A stretch of 64,000 nucleotides of DNA from an uncultured virus (IMG/VR IMGVR_UViG_3300042519_003322) (IMGVR_UViG_3300042519_003322); one strand, 5' to 3'. Positions 9,601 through 17,580 are shown, counted from the stretch's first letter. The notes: a model not told the origin generated them from the letters alone. Program-made: numbers and translations.

Positions 9601-10507
9601 TGGACGGCCTATCTGGGGATTCCATGTTGGACGTAGCCGGTACTGCTTTTGAAAATGCTCGACCATCCTCGCTCAACGCATCACTGTGCTGAAGGTCCAA
9701 CTCAGGGAAAGTTTCCCTATGTGTATTGAACATCTCTGCTGCGAGACCACGTCTTTGGTGTTTGGGTCTTGTGTTGATTTGAAAAACTTCAGTTCGACTG
9801 CCGCCACCGGGCGACCATACTTGCATGGCCGACATGGTTTTTATGGTCTTATCGTTGTCGAGCATGAACCTCAGAACATCCCTGTCGTCGATATCCTCCG
9901 GACCCAATGGAGATGGCTTATCGTTGAAGGGGTTCGCTCCAAGTTTGTTGAATCTCTCGACTAAAACGTCGCGTGCTTTGTTGAAATCTGATTCAAGATA
10001 GATGCCAATATCAAAGTCATTCCTAATGACTAGCCTGTATTCGGTGTCTTTGCTTTTGATTTTTTTGGCAGCAACCACTGGACCATAGTCGTAACGCTCT
10101 AACGGCGACAGTTGCTCCAATCCACTGGATAGCTTCTTGGCAACTTCTGTCTCGGTTCTTTTCGCTGTTTGTCTTTGCGCTTGAGGCTTTGGTTTTGATG
10201 CGGGCTCCGTATTCCCCATCCCCACCCATACCGGCTTCTTGGTTCCTTCGTCAGCCCAGCCGTCTCCATCGACGTCCCTTCGCGAGCCCGTTGGGTTTCG
10301 TGTGCCTGGCTTGCCGCCGGTAGGTATTTCGACCCCTCGACCACCGCCCCTGCCTCTTCGCCTCTGGCCGATAGTGGGTCTGTTTGTGGCTCTGGAGCCC
10401 AAATAGCGCCCCAGCCGACCGAGGGCGGCCTTTTCTTCGGTGTTTGAATCTACACCGCGACGCGTTTCCTCAAAGGGGATGTGGAACTCATTGTTATCTA
10501 CAGACAT
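590..10507 (-). CDS. giant polyvalent-type multidomain protein (2 GNAT-like, HDxxGH module, zincin, ART-like, DEDDh exonuclease, Cys-His-Asp domain)
   Basis: 3305-aa ORF. Motifs: HQRRGLA and SQGHGIG (GNAT), HEYGH...EAIAEAF (zincin), LYRAM...REHISGGRLEV (ART-like), FIDYETTG...NAVFD...HNADAD (DEDDh), GDCF...HAWNE...DYS (transglutaminase/papain-like). Confidence 0.85.
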   Translation of the reverse strand: MSVDNNEFHIPFEETRRGVDSNTEEKAALGRLGRYLGSRATNRPTIGQRRRGRGGGRGVEIPTGGKPGTRNPTGSRRDVDGDGWADEGTKKPVWVGMGNTEPASKPKPQAQRQTAKRTETEVAKKLSSGLEQLSPLERYDYGPVVAAKKIKSKDTEYRLVIRNDFDIGIYLESDFNKARDVLVERFNKLGANPFNDKPSPLGPEDIDDRDVLRFMLDNDKTIKTMSAMQVWSPGGGSRTEVFQINTRPKHQRRGLAAEMFNTHRETFPELDLQHSDALSEDGRAFSKAVPATSNMESPDRPSSLSSGKKYQELVDAQPELTEEKLRQIDELNELLRSDLLDSADSYSEDTDVFGTGIDILNDSPERAAQRKRVHDLLREIFSGEIELEEDIIVTATNGEKINLGKTVVVDVAESFEALGWQVEIDEVSEEDIQLVQDQTFEPFLSADSTGIGLAARFQFKLTPTADAAERLTAAGVPDEMIWDEMMSVGPGTQGEVQFGRSARMLSYFPGDKPTATMQHETFFLNSESQGHGIGSAFNARNEKIYEAIGQLKIFAAGTSNTEESIGATHWPRNGFTWAGEPGKQTFLGTIAEALDDTEQNWFSPEEKSRISSLIRKNPDTGLFETDSTPENLLKFQRATELFKEKELSILYVREVSKRKTPAGALSSGRIGTVKTEPVEMMRSTEFPKLGTKLIDSGGTPDPTSSQKQYMEFPVYEIDGKKFAFGNTDLGRFQPEFNTEDIEIVPLNPYAIVGLPKTSTEGQEWALKMFHAIQAVSLLDDIEAGRVGNRKVGLVAALTYAAKRGDKPALEELERLAKIGEELLVNNRRDFVSAAKVYNEQMWDVDGTYWDDTPNMQVVLGPTRTNEYGDTVRTTRALGIDDMFLVHQTSYKPQYDDDGNIILKPTGDFIPIDPNTGEQLLDPISGKPVAMPDRDSIHMTLNHMVKGHMWRNEPTESTSVIIVPLRDVLDANPGSLDNLFVVDTFLTPKPGEGLVIPMKKGKVVEGSGKELKESVHEALLEVGKLHNGHPEYITPTLLGGESFSETPNADDRVGVVALQDIPKEYPEYAEGVVGSPHADHPSVRLAEFDNFYVNSASSRMAAYDYGRLSPNAKLRIYDSNSDKYSSARIETIYEDSGFSSGRVQRRTPKSGANLADAFDEPREVTQEEATRMGSSREVLTSKRVAERIIKKIEEKTGTELTTNQKNTIENTIPGLLDEIAEKTLLDVEVSDAFSETGEQLLSSIAIDIASDGIPFVSADPIPQLAEQIPDKRDWSTVELPKRDDVLSILDEALKDTLIFKNNVWLDTDGNIVARKIDKDGSSSLEFESEEARTRFPLLEMIAPLGFVIAGDKLSLPRLQQDTLPKPYIEAWKKHSEFMVELSRRAGKLMGDEGLFVQGSRRIHNSSTYIRGYIGGITDPSKFNMGLTGKALQDSHDLFGHLGTGRGFDRHGEWANDLAMMSIIDHPDSPLTPKEKLAVKHLHYLLYSANRIKEGRNDEAKDTTGIVQRINRARTILDVAYQDVGDTRTSTPRVYAGDFGSVIKKLDAASTTKGLSSGRKSIYEADPEDVELALAYDALGMSNRLASGRERPRILARPILRRPTIEPGRRAVKGYGKPDASGNEVRRNSNKWLAGMTPEEISRVIIPSSQAEHFEMWADDMAGGSWRTNSKEREFLQKYYDELRANKNSLDIDYSPENVKATQELVEGMLKSSPQMLWMFENFGSPMIVSFTREAMEGFEVSPEMKERLELSRQQRGAEKSQFISGLSSPAFGLIGLAPRALIDRESMTTNEKGVYPINLDPARIPQPRDAHVDRSLHGVVMHEYGHWLHYRAAWDSEANGKSRKEKSFYGSGDIGDPRYVAALEVADEYMNPDADDEAIKIWSEFIDLTERSAEEMFGANRDKALTATSYGNVNKREAIAEAFVAIMHPNKDMPKLALSKKLRDDVYALAGVDPSNLPWAARTDGRPTIQLSSNAETRVAPDGERSVMSRIFDVVRTGEGRTSTPSRKESLSSGKKPHTPKWKSVEDIIDYAAVGALPDHDQQQKEQVMSESVRDWEEWMPCRQIRMASYELAGIKDYSDRDPNIDETRGFWGDAMRFDATVSPEARTEQARYIMANIVDSLLNKGKYDRQPYLYRAMTFSSPEEAKQFFDAMQVGAQVDIPLIAFVDKGPSPSGGHFLTKFGTDALLVLEDFPGAYKAEGTFEPLFNSTDESDTLYNINEFAESILAGVERGEIDEENIEFDTEFANRLIKLVEDYRESRDPSERRRLKTEMGEALEETGNESINLEWEGEPLPEDHEGYYEALYYHESLYDESSNRSPREHISGGRLEVISVEPDPAGLYKEVVTLRQVGAFDPQEKGALVLKTDGQARSAALSSGNRNNSYNLVAIETDDSTPDMLESLKEKLGDALVSHETSTVDLGARGQTNVRKKHTFTISSEKLRNTHAHNYATNRSFMAQIQELSSGAKPPQYPRKPTMGAFIGSADSEFDGITNWEDFKSAIADKEIVFIDYETTGLKFDKFNESAGNGSPTQIGAVKMKNGEVIARFNVFVNPGMPMSEWEKWSQDNLKDGDGNPITDAYLADKPSIAEAHRQLVEFMGDTELMGMQNAVFDNEVLEDALKESGIEWRPKGIIDTKEISDMVLPKWSETNPDAPFRVNKDGTKSPSNSLGDITKYLGVDLGDKHHNADADAEATAKVLQAIVDGAIENNWPADVLDKGKRRDKESKTQIKFEKAVSEFEDAKRKFIEDSEQESLSSGGDTLSSGSTILSQWMDVTASDSFGKSGSELRNTFGRADLERLQKVLQDEQSALSKTIDEWQKTGVWNGETNGVALPRTKNPKSGITRNISAEESSGMGDKDTLSSTFNGYLSQIEKQLDHVNERLINLDRMENDGDIAHVNAVSIADLPNFAALAERGKKIRESRGSWEDREWSLTKDDPDAMWLIHTGAPILEGGVLDPSFTLPKGGDGTYLRQGMDTQRLNETTRNSIISLYEEAESNFNAYQLALKEYDETGVWDGPKLAQNTRVPGRDRDRKEYQTYVAGQDDERINPEYLRDIARGYIDNGRRVMARYEYAYPLAKAGKEHLSYNHASFGPSRGYVRNAFPTSKTYLVRVPEREVVEGFPSQEYQIFEARTPIASFEVPNQFNVPNMTEVEDASIALFEQAAQKHLSSGATDDNGGRLLRSMQLHDDEFEKKYNQKVPNGDGDCFSEAIEQARDLAETYESMKIAHGYPLGTGGDAEGLRFPHAWNEFMRDGVEWVRDYSNGNEVEIPKAVYYAIGNIAEQDVSVFSLEEAEKSMSENGHYGPW

Positions 10508-10535
10508 TTAATTAAATAATACCATTGTAAATAAC

Positions 10536-10871
10536 CTAGGATTTGAGGCGAGCGCCGCATTTGGTGCATATTTTTGCCCACGGGTAGAAGCGCATCATGT
10601 TCAGCGGGTGTTCACACTCCAGAAGACGCTTGGCCTCTGAATTGAGGGTATTCCGTATCCACGCAGAAAGAGTTACCTGTTCGAGCGTTGCGGCCTCTTT
10701 CCATCTATTTCGTTCATAATCGTTGGTTCTGATTAAAACCTGCTTATCCGCAGGGCCATCAGCAGCATTGATTAACGGGGAGACCGTTGGCGTTATTGTT
10801 TCTGCCACTTTGTCCATTGCCGCACGAATATTGTCTTCTTCTGGGTTACTGTCCTGGGTCATTGTTGTCAA
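10536..10871 (-). CDS. small putative DNA-binding protein (ribbon-helix-helix-like, C-terminal Cys motif)
   Basis: KQVLIRT...ERNRWKEAA...TLSAWIRNTLN resembles an RHH pattern; C-terminal CEH...CTKC. Confidence 0.5.
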   Translation of the reverse strand: MTTMTQDSNPEEDNIRAAMDKVAETITPTVSPLINAADGPADKQVLIRTNDYERNRWKEAATLEQVTLSAWIRNTLNSEAKRLLECEHPLNMMRFYPWAKICTKCGARLKS

Positions 10872-11514
10872 AATCCCTGTAAATCGGCCTGTCTTCTAAA
10901 TCCGATACTACTTCAGCATCGATAATGCCGTCGTCAGGTTTTTGATTTTTTGCAAGAATAGATGAAACTGTTTCCGCAGGTAGAACGCCTGCTATACCCA
11001 TGAGTTCTAGTAGTTTTCTGGCTTCTGATTCAGCGTCAAAGCCGGAAGCAGGCATGATTACACCAGGCTGTCCGGCAATGGTTGCCCTAATTGTAGAGTT
11101 GATATTTGCGTCAACATTTACATTAACATTTGTCTGCTCCATGCCGAGTAGTTTTGTTCTTCGGTCCATGATTGATAGGACCTGTTGAATTGCCTTGAGG
11201 TCTGGCTCGACCTGCACTTCTGTTCCGTCGTCCATTGAGACACGTCTATGTTGTGTCATTGGCCAAATTGCTTGCTGGAGATTATCTAGCCGTTCGAGCT
11301 CCATTCTCAGAATTTCTGGATACGCAAGAATGGCCTCCTTGTTCATTTTTTCTAATTGACGCTGAACTGAGCGTGCTACCGACTGAGTAGATATGCCGAA
11401 TCGTCGGGCTATCTCATTAACAGAAGTTCCGGCTTGCCTCATCTTGAAGATGCGCATATCGCGCTCGTGGAGGAACTCTTTAGTAGTAATTGGTTTTGAT
11501 TTTTCGTCGCTCAC
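10846..11514 (-). CDS. HTH protein, possible terminase small subunit
   Basis: N-terminal HTH (GTSVNEIARRFGIS) followed by ELERLD...KAIQQVLSIMDRRTKLLG, a pattern I associate with actinophage HTH/small terminase-like proteins. Confidence 0.55.
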   Translation of the reverse strand: MSDEKSKPITTKEFLHERDMRIFKMRQAGTSVNEIARRFGISTQSVARSVQRQLEKMNKEAILAYPEILRMELERLDNLQQAIWPMTQHRRVSMDDGTEVQVEPDLKAIQQVLSIMDRRTKLLGMEQTNVNVNVDANINSTIRATIAGQPGVIMPASGFDAESEARKLLELMGIAGVLPAETVSSILAKNQKPDDGIIDAEVVSDLEDRPIYRDFDNNDPGQ

Positions 11515-13355
11515 GTTACAGCCTTAGACCAGTCAATGACCTCAAACGGGAATTTGACGCCTCTCTTTATTTTAGTCGGCCATTGGCGCTCGTCACGTGC
11601 ACCACGGAAATGACGGACATCGTAAACATATGCGCCGAGAGCTGTTGGGTCTGGCTGAAGGGATATGCCAAATTCCGGCCACCTCGACCACACGGCAGAA
11701 CCAAATGGCCGCAGGTCCCTGCTGGTCATGCTTGTGCCAAGTGGGGCGTGGTGCTCAATCCATAGCGCACATTTATAAACAGTCCTAATGGTGTCTAGAT
11801 ATTTTGCTACTTCTAGGGCGATTGATTCAGAGGTCCGCCCGCCTGGGTCAAGGAAAGCCTTATATAGCGGGCCAATGACTAGTAAGTCAGGACGCACCCT
11901 GTCTAGGGCCTCTTCAAGTGATGCCCTATCGCTTGCCTTGAGCAGGTCCATTCCGGACGGCCTGGTCAATAGTTCTGCATTTAGTCTAGTCACTCGGCCA
12001 GAAGCCATTGCCTGCATAGCAATTGAGTGACCAGTACGTCTAATAATTCTGTCTGGGTTTTCTAGGTCGAGGGTGAGCGTCTTTATGGCTGGCATGGGCT
12101 GAAAAGAGAACGGGTGGATTCCTGCAGCGCAGAGGAGCGCCACTTGTCGGGCGAGCATTGTCTTACCAACACCCTCAGCGGCCACGACTATGACACGCTC
12201 GCTTCTCTCAAGAAGTCCTGGTATGACCCAATCGTAGGTGTCTCCATCAGTCTCTTTAAGGAAATCATTCCAGTGAACTAGGCGGCCAGTATCAAGCGAA
12301 AAGGAGACGGTGGCTGTGGCCAATATGAGATTGCTTTTAGCAATTTTTTGCTTAACATTGAGGTCGTCCCTTTCTATTAATTCCTTTAGCTTCTGTAGGG
12401 CAAGGTCCTCTGGCGACAAATCCTCATTAATTTTTATTCCCGTTAGTTCAACTTCCGTAAACCCATTTTCTGAAACTGAATAATCATTGAGCACGGGAGG
12501 CGCTTCGTAGGCGACCAAATCATCAATTGACATTCCAGCAGAAAGGTGGTCGGTTATGTCCTTGTGGGATGGACATATCCAAACCTGAGCGTCACAACCA
12601 GCGTCAATTAATTTCTCACAAACATTAAGCGCATGCTTGATACCAACTTCGTCATTGTCTGCGACTATTTCAACAACGCTCCCACTCAAGGGTTCGGTGT
12701 GTATCTCGAGCCATTTACCAGCCCCACCTGGCATCGTCGTTGCAACGAAACCTGCCTCAATTAGTGTGTCTGCATCCTTCTCCCCCTCGACCACCCATAT
12801 GGTTGCATCAAATGCTCGCGCTGAGATAACTCCAGGGAGGTTGTATAGGACTTTCGGGACATCACCTAAGCTGTATTCCCATCCACTCTTGCCGTCGGGC
12901 TTGCGCTGACTGAAAGATTTCTTTCCGTCTTCATCTATGTAGCGGAGTTTTTGAAAAAGAAGTAGACCATTCTCGTCCGTGTAGTCATAGGTATTGGTCA
13001 AGGTGAGTTTCTTGGGTGGTCGGGAAATTTTTTCACTCAAATCTTTTGTTTCTCTATTCTTTGCGGCTGGAAGTTGTCGCGTCTCCTGTTTAAAAGGCCT
13101 GTCATATTCGTCTTTTTTCGGCATCAAGTCAGAAACACTAATGCCAACAGACTGGCATATGTCGTCAACGTTGCATGACATGCCACGATGACAGGTGACA
13201 AGGACACGACCGTCCGCCCCTTGTCCCACGGATAGGGATGGATTTGAATCATCATTTCTACACGGACAGCGCGCAATCCAGCCAGAGCCAGCCTTACGCA
13301 CGCCATCCAAGAGTCCTAGAAAGTTTTCTGTTTCTGGCGATGGAATAGTAGGCAT
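11511..13355 (-). CDS. primase-helicase (Zn finger + TOPRIM + RepA/AAA_25-type helicase)
   Basis: ARCPC...SLSV...CHRGMSC zinc finger, VVEGEKDAD and DNDEVG TOPRIM motifs, Walker A AAEGVGKT. Confidence 0.85.
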   Translation of the reverse strand: MPTIPSPETENFLGLLDGVRKAGSGWIARCPCRNDDSNPSLSVGQGADGRVLVTCHRGMSCNVDDICQSVGISVSDLMPKKDEYDRPFKQETRQLPAAKNRETKDLSEKISRPPKKLTLTNTYDYTDENGLLLFQKLRYIDEDGKKSFSQRKPDGKSGWEYSLGDVPKVLYNLPGVISARAFDATIWVVEGEKDADTLIEAGFVATTMPGGAGKWLEIHTEPLSGSVVEIVADNDEVGIKHALNVCEKLIDAGCDAQVWICPSHKDITDHLSAGMSIDDLVAYEAPPVLNDYSVSENGFTEVELTGIKINEDLSPEDLALQKLKELIERDDLNVKQKIAKSNLILATATVSFSLDTGRLVHWNDFLKETDGDTYDWVIPGLLERSERVIVVAAEGVGKTMLARQVALLCAAGIHPFSFQPMPAIKTLTLDLENPDRIIRRTGHSIAMQAMASGRVTRLNAELLTRPSGMDLLKASDRASLEEALDRVRPDLLVIGPLYKAFLDPGGRTSESIALEVAKYLDTIRTVYKCALWIEHHAPLGTSMTSRDLRPFGSAVWSRWPEFGISLQPDPTALGAYVYDVRHFRGARDERQWPTKIKRGVKFPFEVIDWSKAVT

Positions 13356-13373
13356 TGGCTAATCGCTCTTTTT

Positions 13374-13697
13374 CTAATGAGGTAGGAGTATGTTGAATGG
13401 TATCTTAGGTACGGGGACGATGTTCATTTGTCTCCGCATTCTATGACGCTCGCGCTCGGATGTCCCTCCCCAAATACCAAACATCTCATGATAGAGAGCA
13501 TACGAGAGGCATTCAATTTTAATTTCGCACGTTCCGCATATTTGTTTAGCAATTTGAGTATCTGCTCTGGCCTGTCTGTAATTTTCAGAAAACTGACCAG
13601 GCTGAGATTTGTCAGCCATAGGGAACCATATATTTGGATTATGTCCCGTGCATTTTCCGCCTCGCGGCATTACGTCCACCCTACTGACTGATTCCAA
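13374..13697 (-). CDS. whiB: WhiB family Fe-S transcriptional regulator
   Basis: Four conserved Cys (C...WFP...AKQICGTC...C) and GIWGGTSERER. Confidence 0.92.
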   Translation of the reverse strand: MESVSRVDVMPRGGKCTGHNPNIWFPMADKSQPGQFSENYRQARADTQIAKQICGTCEIKIECLSYALYHEMFGIWGGTSERERHRMRRQMNIVPVPKIPFNILLPH

Positions 13698-13723
13698 TTG
13701 AACCTCCGTTGTATGGGCGAGAG

Positions 13724-14137
13724 CTAAATTCCCCCCGCAATGCGAACTATGTCGCGTGCAGAAAGATACACGACTGCGCTGCGAATCACAAGCAAACCAG
13801 CAACATCTTCTGAAGAAATATCCACTGCCTCCATTGGTACGCCAATACGTGCAGCAATTGCAGCTCTGGTTTTTTCAATGCGCGTTTCTTCTGCAGCTAG
13901 ATTGTCGTCATAAAAAACATTTTGAACTAAAGGCGCAGACATTTTTTTAATCTCAACATCTTGTTCTTCCGCCCTAAGGCACCACATGCATGCTATTTCA
14001 TCAGATGTTGCGGCTCTTTTGCGTACGTCGATATGACCACATTCAAGTTTGTGATGATAAACAAGATGACCCCACCTACCGGTCTTCTCGATAGATGTTA
14101 TTTTTTTACGTGGGGCTCTGCGTCTTTCTGTTGTCAT
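13724..14137 (-). CDS. hypothetical protein (HKLECGH...CMWC possible Zn-binding)
   Basis: 137-aa ORF, co-oriented with and tightly packed among its neighbours. Confidence 0.6.
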   Translation of the reverse strand: MTTERRRAPRKKITSIEKTGRWGHLVYHHKLECGHIDVRKRAATSDEIACMWCLRAEEQDVEIKKMSAPLVQNVFYDDNLAAEETRIEKTRAAIAARIGVPMEAVDISSEDVAGLLVIRSAVVYLSARDIVRIAGGI

Positions 14138-14160
14138 TATGAAAGATGCAACTCGCGCAG

Positions 14161-14481
14161 TTATTTAGCGCGACGACTAAAGAACTTACGGAACCAAGTC
14201 TGTAAAATTCCAACCTTGCCATTTACTTTTACATTCGGATTTGCGGCAATAAAATCGTCGGCCCATTCAATGACCTCATCGCGAAGCTCATCCAAGATAT
14301 CGAATTGAACTTCGGGCTGCTTCTCCGCGGCCTTCTTCACAGGAGCCTTCTTGGCAGCGGCCTTCTTCACCGGGGACTTCTTGGCGGCGGCCTTCTTGGG
14401 GGCGGTTTTCTTTGCAGGAGCCTTTTTAACGGCGGCCTTCTTGGGGGTCTTTGTTTGGTTCTTTTTGATGCTTTCAGTCAT
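14161..14481 (-). CDS. histone H1-like Lys/Ala-rich protein
   Basis: Tandem KKAA(A/V)KKAP(A/V)-type pentapeptide repeats in the N-terminal half. Confidence 0.7.
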   Translation of the reverse strand: MTESIKKNQTKTPKKAAVKKAPAKKTAPKKAAAKKSPVKKAAAKKAPVKKAAEKQPEVQFDILDELRDEVIEWADDFIAANPNVKVNGKVGILQTWFRKFFSRRAK

Positions 14482-14497
14482 GATGCAACCTTAGCGC

Positions 14498-15211
14498 ATG
14501 AGTGTGTCGGCCGTTGCAAAAGCGGTTTATTTGTTTACCATGGAAATGAAGAATATTTGTCTAAAATGCCTCGTGGACCAATACATGGATGATTTTAGTA
14601 AAATGGCTCTTGCCCTGACATCGGCCCAGCTGGCGAAAGATACGGCAGTCGAGGAACATGGGGTTGGGGAGGATTTGGCCATCCATTTTCTAGCGTGGAT
14701 GGATGACGGACTGATTTCGATATCTCAAATGAACTCTGAAACAATGAAATTGGACCCAGAAGTACGCTTTGAAAGATGCAAAGAGGTGTGCAAGGTACTC
14801 CGCAAGGATATGTGGGCCACGGCCATCACCATGGTCTCGGAGGGTTACTGCTCCCTAGACTCCCATAAAACCAAGAATATGGACCTAGCTTTGGCGTTTT
14901 CGGACCCCAAATTGCCCATATATGAATGCCTGACGGTTAGCCATGCGTCAATTGACGAAGAAAATGGCCATATTACGCCTACATCCATGGTTGCCGCCCC
15001 ATACAAGATTGCGTTAGGGCGCAAGGTGCACTGGAAAGAGGTGCTGGTTTATCCGGAAAAAGCAGAACACCATACAAAACAAACAAAATACCCCCACATG
15101 TTAAATAGAGTTCTTCAAATGGGGCCCAGCGAATCGGTCGACGACCAGAGCCTTCTCGATGCTGCTGCAAAAATAGCCAGTTTTGGTTTTATTATGCAGA
15201 GCATTATTTAG
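14498..15211 (+). CDS. hypothetical protein (true start may be ATG 14585)
   Basis: 237-aa ORF with no motif recognised. Confidence 0.6.
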   Translation: MSVSAVAKAVYLFTMEMKNICLKCLVDQYMDDFSKMALALTSAQLAKDTAVEEHGVGEDLAIHFLAWMDDGLISISQMNSETMKLDPEVRFERCKEVCKVLRKDMWATAITMVSEGYCSLDSHKTKNMDLALAFSDPKLPIYECLTVSHASIDEENGHITPTSMVAAPYKIALGRKVHWKEVLVYPEKAEHHTKQTKYPHMLNRVLQMGPSESVDDQSLLDAAAKIASFGFIMQSII

Positions 15212-15225
15212 ATAAACTTATTAAT

Positions 15226-15561
15226 GTGAATGCATTTTACGATAGCCCAGGATTTGGCGAAATGTCCATATTTGAAGATAAACATTCTGGGTTTAGTATT
15301 CTTCGGGCCGACAGGCTTCCGTGTCCCGTTTGCGGTCACCCGACTGGCGATTGTGAGGGCAATTCTGCAAGTTTGTTGCCGGAAGATATTTGGGGCTACA
15401 ACACGCACTCTTCTCTCGATGACTCCTTGGCGTTTTGTATGCAAGAGGATTATTGCGAAGAGCGAGAAATTGCGCCAGGTATTGTTACAAAAATAGTTGT
15501 CCATAAAAAAGGCAAAAACATTTCTATCGCCGAAGCCAGGAGACTTGGCTTTTTAAATTAA
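15226..15561 (+). CDS. hypothetical protein with CPVCGHPTGDC motif
   Basis: 111-aa ORF with a Cys-rich motif, directly upstream of the RNR gene. Confidence 0.6.
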   Translation: MNAFYDSPGFGEMSIFEDKHSGFSILRADRLPCPVCGHPTGDCEGNSASLLPEDIWGYNTHSSLDDSLAFCMQEDYCEEREIAPGIVTKIVVHKKGKNISIAEARRLGFLN

Positions 15562-15650
15562 TTTTATATTCTCTCGACTTTTTCTTTATTCATCTGTGCG
15601 CTACACTCGTTTCCTAGTTACTATTCAATCCACCCACCTGACAGGAAATC

Positions 15651-17576
15651 ATGAACCACATTGATGACAAATTCGTTGCTTCTTACGCCAATCGTCCCGT
15701 TCCATGGGGCTTCAATGGCATGGGAGAAATTGTTTTTCTCCGTACCTATAGCCGCACAAAAGACAACGGCAACATCGAAACATGGCCCGAAACGATTCAG
15801 CGTGTTGTCAATGGTGCAATAGAAATTGGCGTTCCCTACACCCGCGAAGAAGCGGAAGAGCTTTTTGACCACATGTATAACCTGCGCTGCTCAATGAGTG
15901 GGCGTGCTTTGTGGCAACTAGGAACTGGAATGGTTGCACGTTTTGGCGGAGCGTCTTTAAACAACTGCTACTTCACGAATATCGAAAAAGTTGAAGATTT
16001 TGAAATGCTGTTTGACTACCTGATGCTTGGCGGTGGCGTGGGTTTTTCCGTAGAGCGTTCAAAGATTCACGACTTGCCCAGAATCAAGAGTGGAGTAACT
16101 ATTACACAGGAGCGTAGTAACGACGCTGACATTATTGTTCCAGACAGTCGTACTGGCTGGCGTCGCCTTTTGCATAGCGTTCTTAAGTCGTACTTTGATA
16201 CCGGCAAGTCCTTTACCTATTCGACCATTTTGATTCGTGAGTTTGGTGCACCTCTCAAGACGTTTGGCGGTACTGCTTCCGGACCTGGAGCCCTCATTGA
16301 TGGTATTAGCGATATTTGCAAGGTTTTAGATAACCGTGTCGGCAAGAAGCTTAGGTCAATCGATGTTTTGGATATCTGCAATATCATTGGTCGAATTGTT
16401 GTTTCCGGTTCATCAAGGCGTTCGGCGCAAATCGCAATGGGCGACCCTGACGATGTTCTCTTCCTCCGAGCAAAGAACTGGGGTTCAGGAAACATTCCTG
16501 GGTGGCGAGCAAATAGTAACAATTCGCTATATGCCGACGGCTGGGAAGAAATACCAGCAGAACTATGGCGTGGATATGACGGCTCGGGAGAGCCATACGG
16601 TCTAGTTAATAGGAAGCTCGCACGAACTCACGGTCGCCTTGGCGAAAAACGCCCAGACGCAACAATCGAGGGCTTTAATCCATGTGCGGAAATTGCACTT
16701 GCAGATGGAGAATCGTGCAATCTCGCGACAATTTTTCTTCCTAATATCGAATCTTTGCCGCAATTCTTGTCACTTTCGCGTCTCCTTTACATGACGCAGA
16801 AGCAAATCACCAGACTCCCGTACCCGTACGAGAAGACGACATCTATTGTCAGGGCCAATGCACGCCTTGGTCAAAGCATTACTGGAGTTCTTCAGGCAAC
16901 TGAACAGCAGGTTTCGTGGCTCGATACGGCGTACAAGTACTTACGCGACCTTGATAAGGAGTATTCCGCGGAAAAGGGGTTCCCTGAGTCTGTGAGAATG
17001 ACCACGGTTCAGCCTTCAGGCACTCTCTCGCTGCTTCCAGGCGTTACTCCGGGCATTCACCCGGCTTTTGCCCCTCACTACATCCGGCGCGTTCGTTTTG
17101 GAGCGGCAGACCCACTTGTTGACGCATGTCGCAAGCGTGGCTACAAGGTCGTATGGGATATCGGCATTGATGGCCGAGAAGACCATACGCGTTATGTTGT
17201 GGAATTCCCCTGCATGTCTCCAGAGGGCTCAACTTTGGCAAGCGAAATGACAGCAGTGCAGCAGCTTGAGTGGGTAAAGAAAGTTCAAACCGAGTGGGCA
17301 GACAATGCTGTTTCCGTTACGGTCTATTACCGCAAAGAAGAGCTAAAAAGCATTCAGGAGTGGTTGACTGAGAACTACGACAAGAGCGTGAAGTCCGTAT
17401 CATTCCTCTTGCACAGCGACCACAACTTCGTTCTCCCTCCATATGAAGAGATAACAAAAGAACTATACGAAAAGATGGTCTCTAAAATCGACTTCTCCAT
17501 TCCATTAGTACAAGAGAAGTTCAACGGAGAGATTGATATGGACGATTGCGCAACTGGAGCTTGTCCGGTAAAGTAG
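15651..17576 (+). CDS. nrdJ: class II (adenosylcobalamin-dependent) ribonucleotide reductase, monomeric RTPR type
   Basis: RTYSR, GRALWQLG, LNNC, GGGVG, NPCAEI...CNL, TTVQPSGT and the C-terminal redox pair CATGACP. Preceded by an AGGA RBS. Confidence 0.92.
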   Translation: MNHIDDKFVASYANRPVPWGFNGMGEIVFLRTYSRTKDNGNIETWPETIQRVVNGAIEIGVPYTREEAEELFDHMYNLRCSMSGRALWQLGTGMVARFGGASLNNCYFTNIEKVEDFEMLFDYLMLGGGVGFSVERSKIHDLPRIKSGVTITQERSNDADIIVPDSRTGWRRLLHSVLKSYFDTGKSFTYSTILIREFGAPLKTFGGTASGPGALIDGISDICKVLDNRVGKKLRSIDVLDICNIIGRIVVSGSSRRSAQIAMGDPDDVLFLRAKNWGSGNIPGWRANSNNSLYADGWEEIPAELWRGYDGSGEPYGLVNRKLARTHGRLGEKRPDATIEGFNPCAEIALADGESCNLATIFLPNIESLPQFLSLSRLLYMTQKQITRLPYPYEKTTSIVRANARLGQSITGVLQATEQQVSWLDTAYKYLRDLDKEYSAEKGFPESVRMTTVQPSGTLSLLPGVTPGIHPAFAPHYIRRVRFGAADPLVDACRKRGYKVVWDIGIDGREDHTRYVVEFPCMSPEGSTLASEMTAVQQLEWVKKVQTEWADNAVSVTVYYRKEELKSIQEWLTENYDKSVKSVSFLLHSDHNFVLPPYEEITKELYEKMVSKIDFSIPLVQEKFNGEIDMDDCATGACPVK

Positions 17577-17580
17577 TCAC

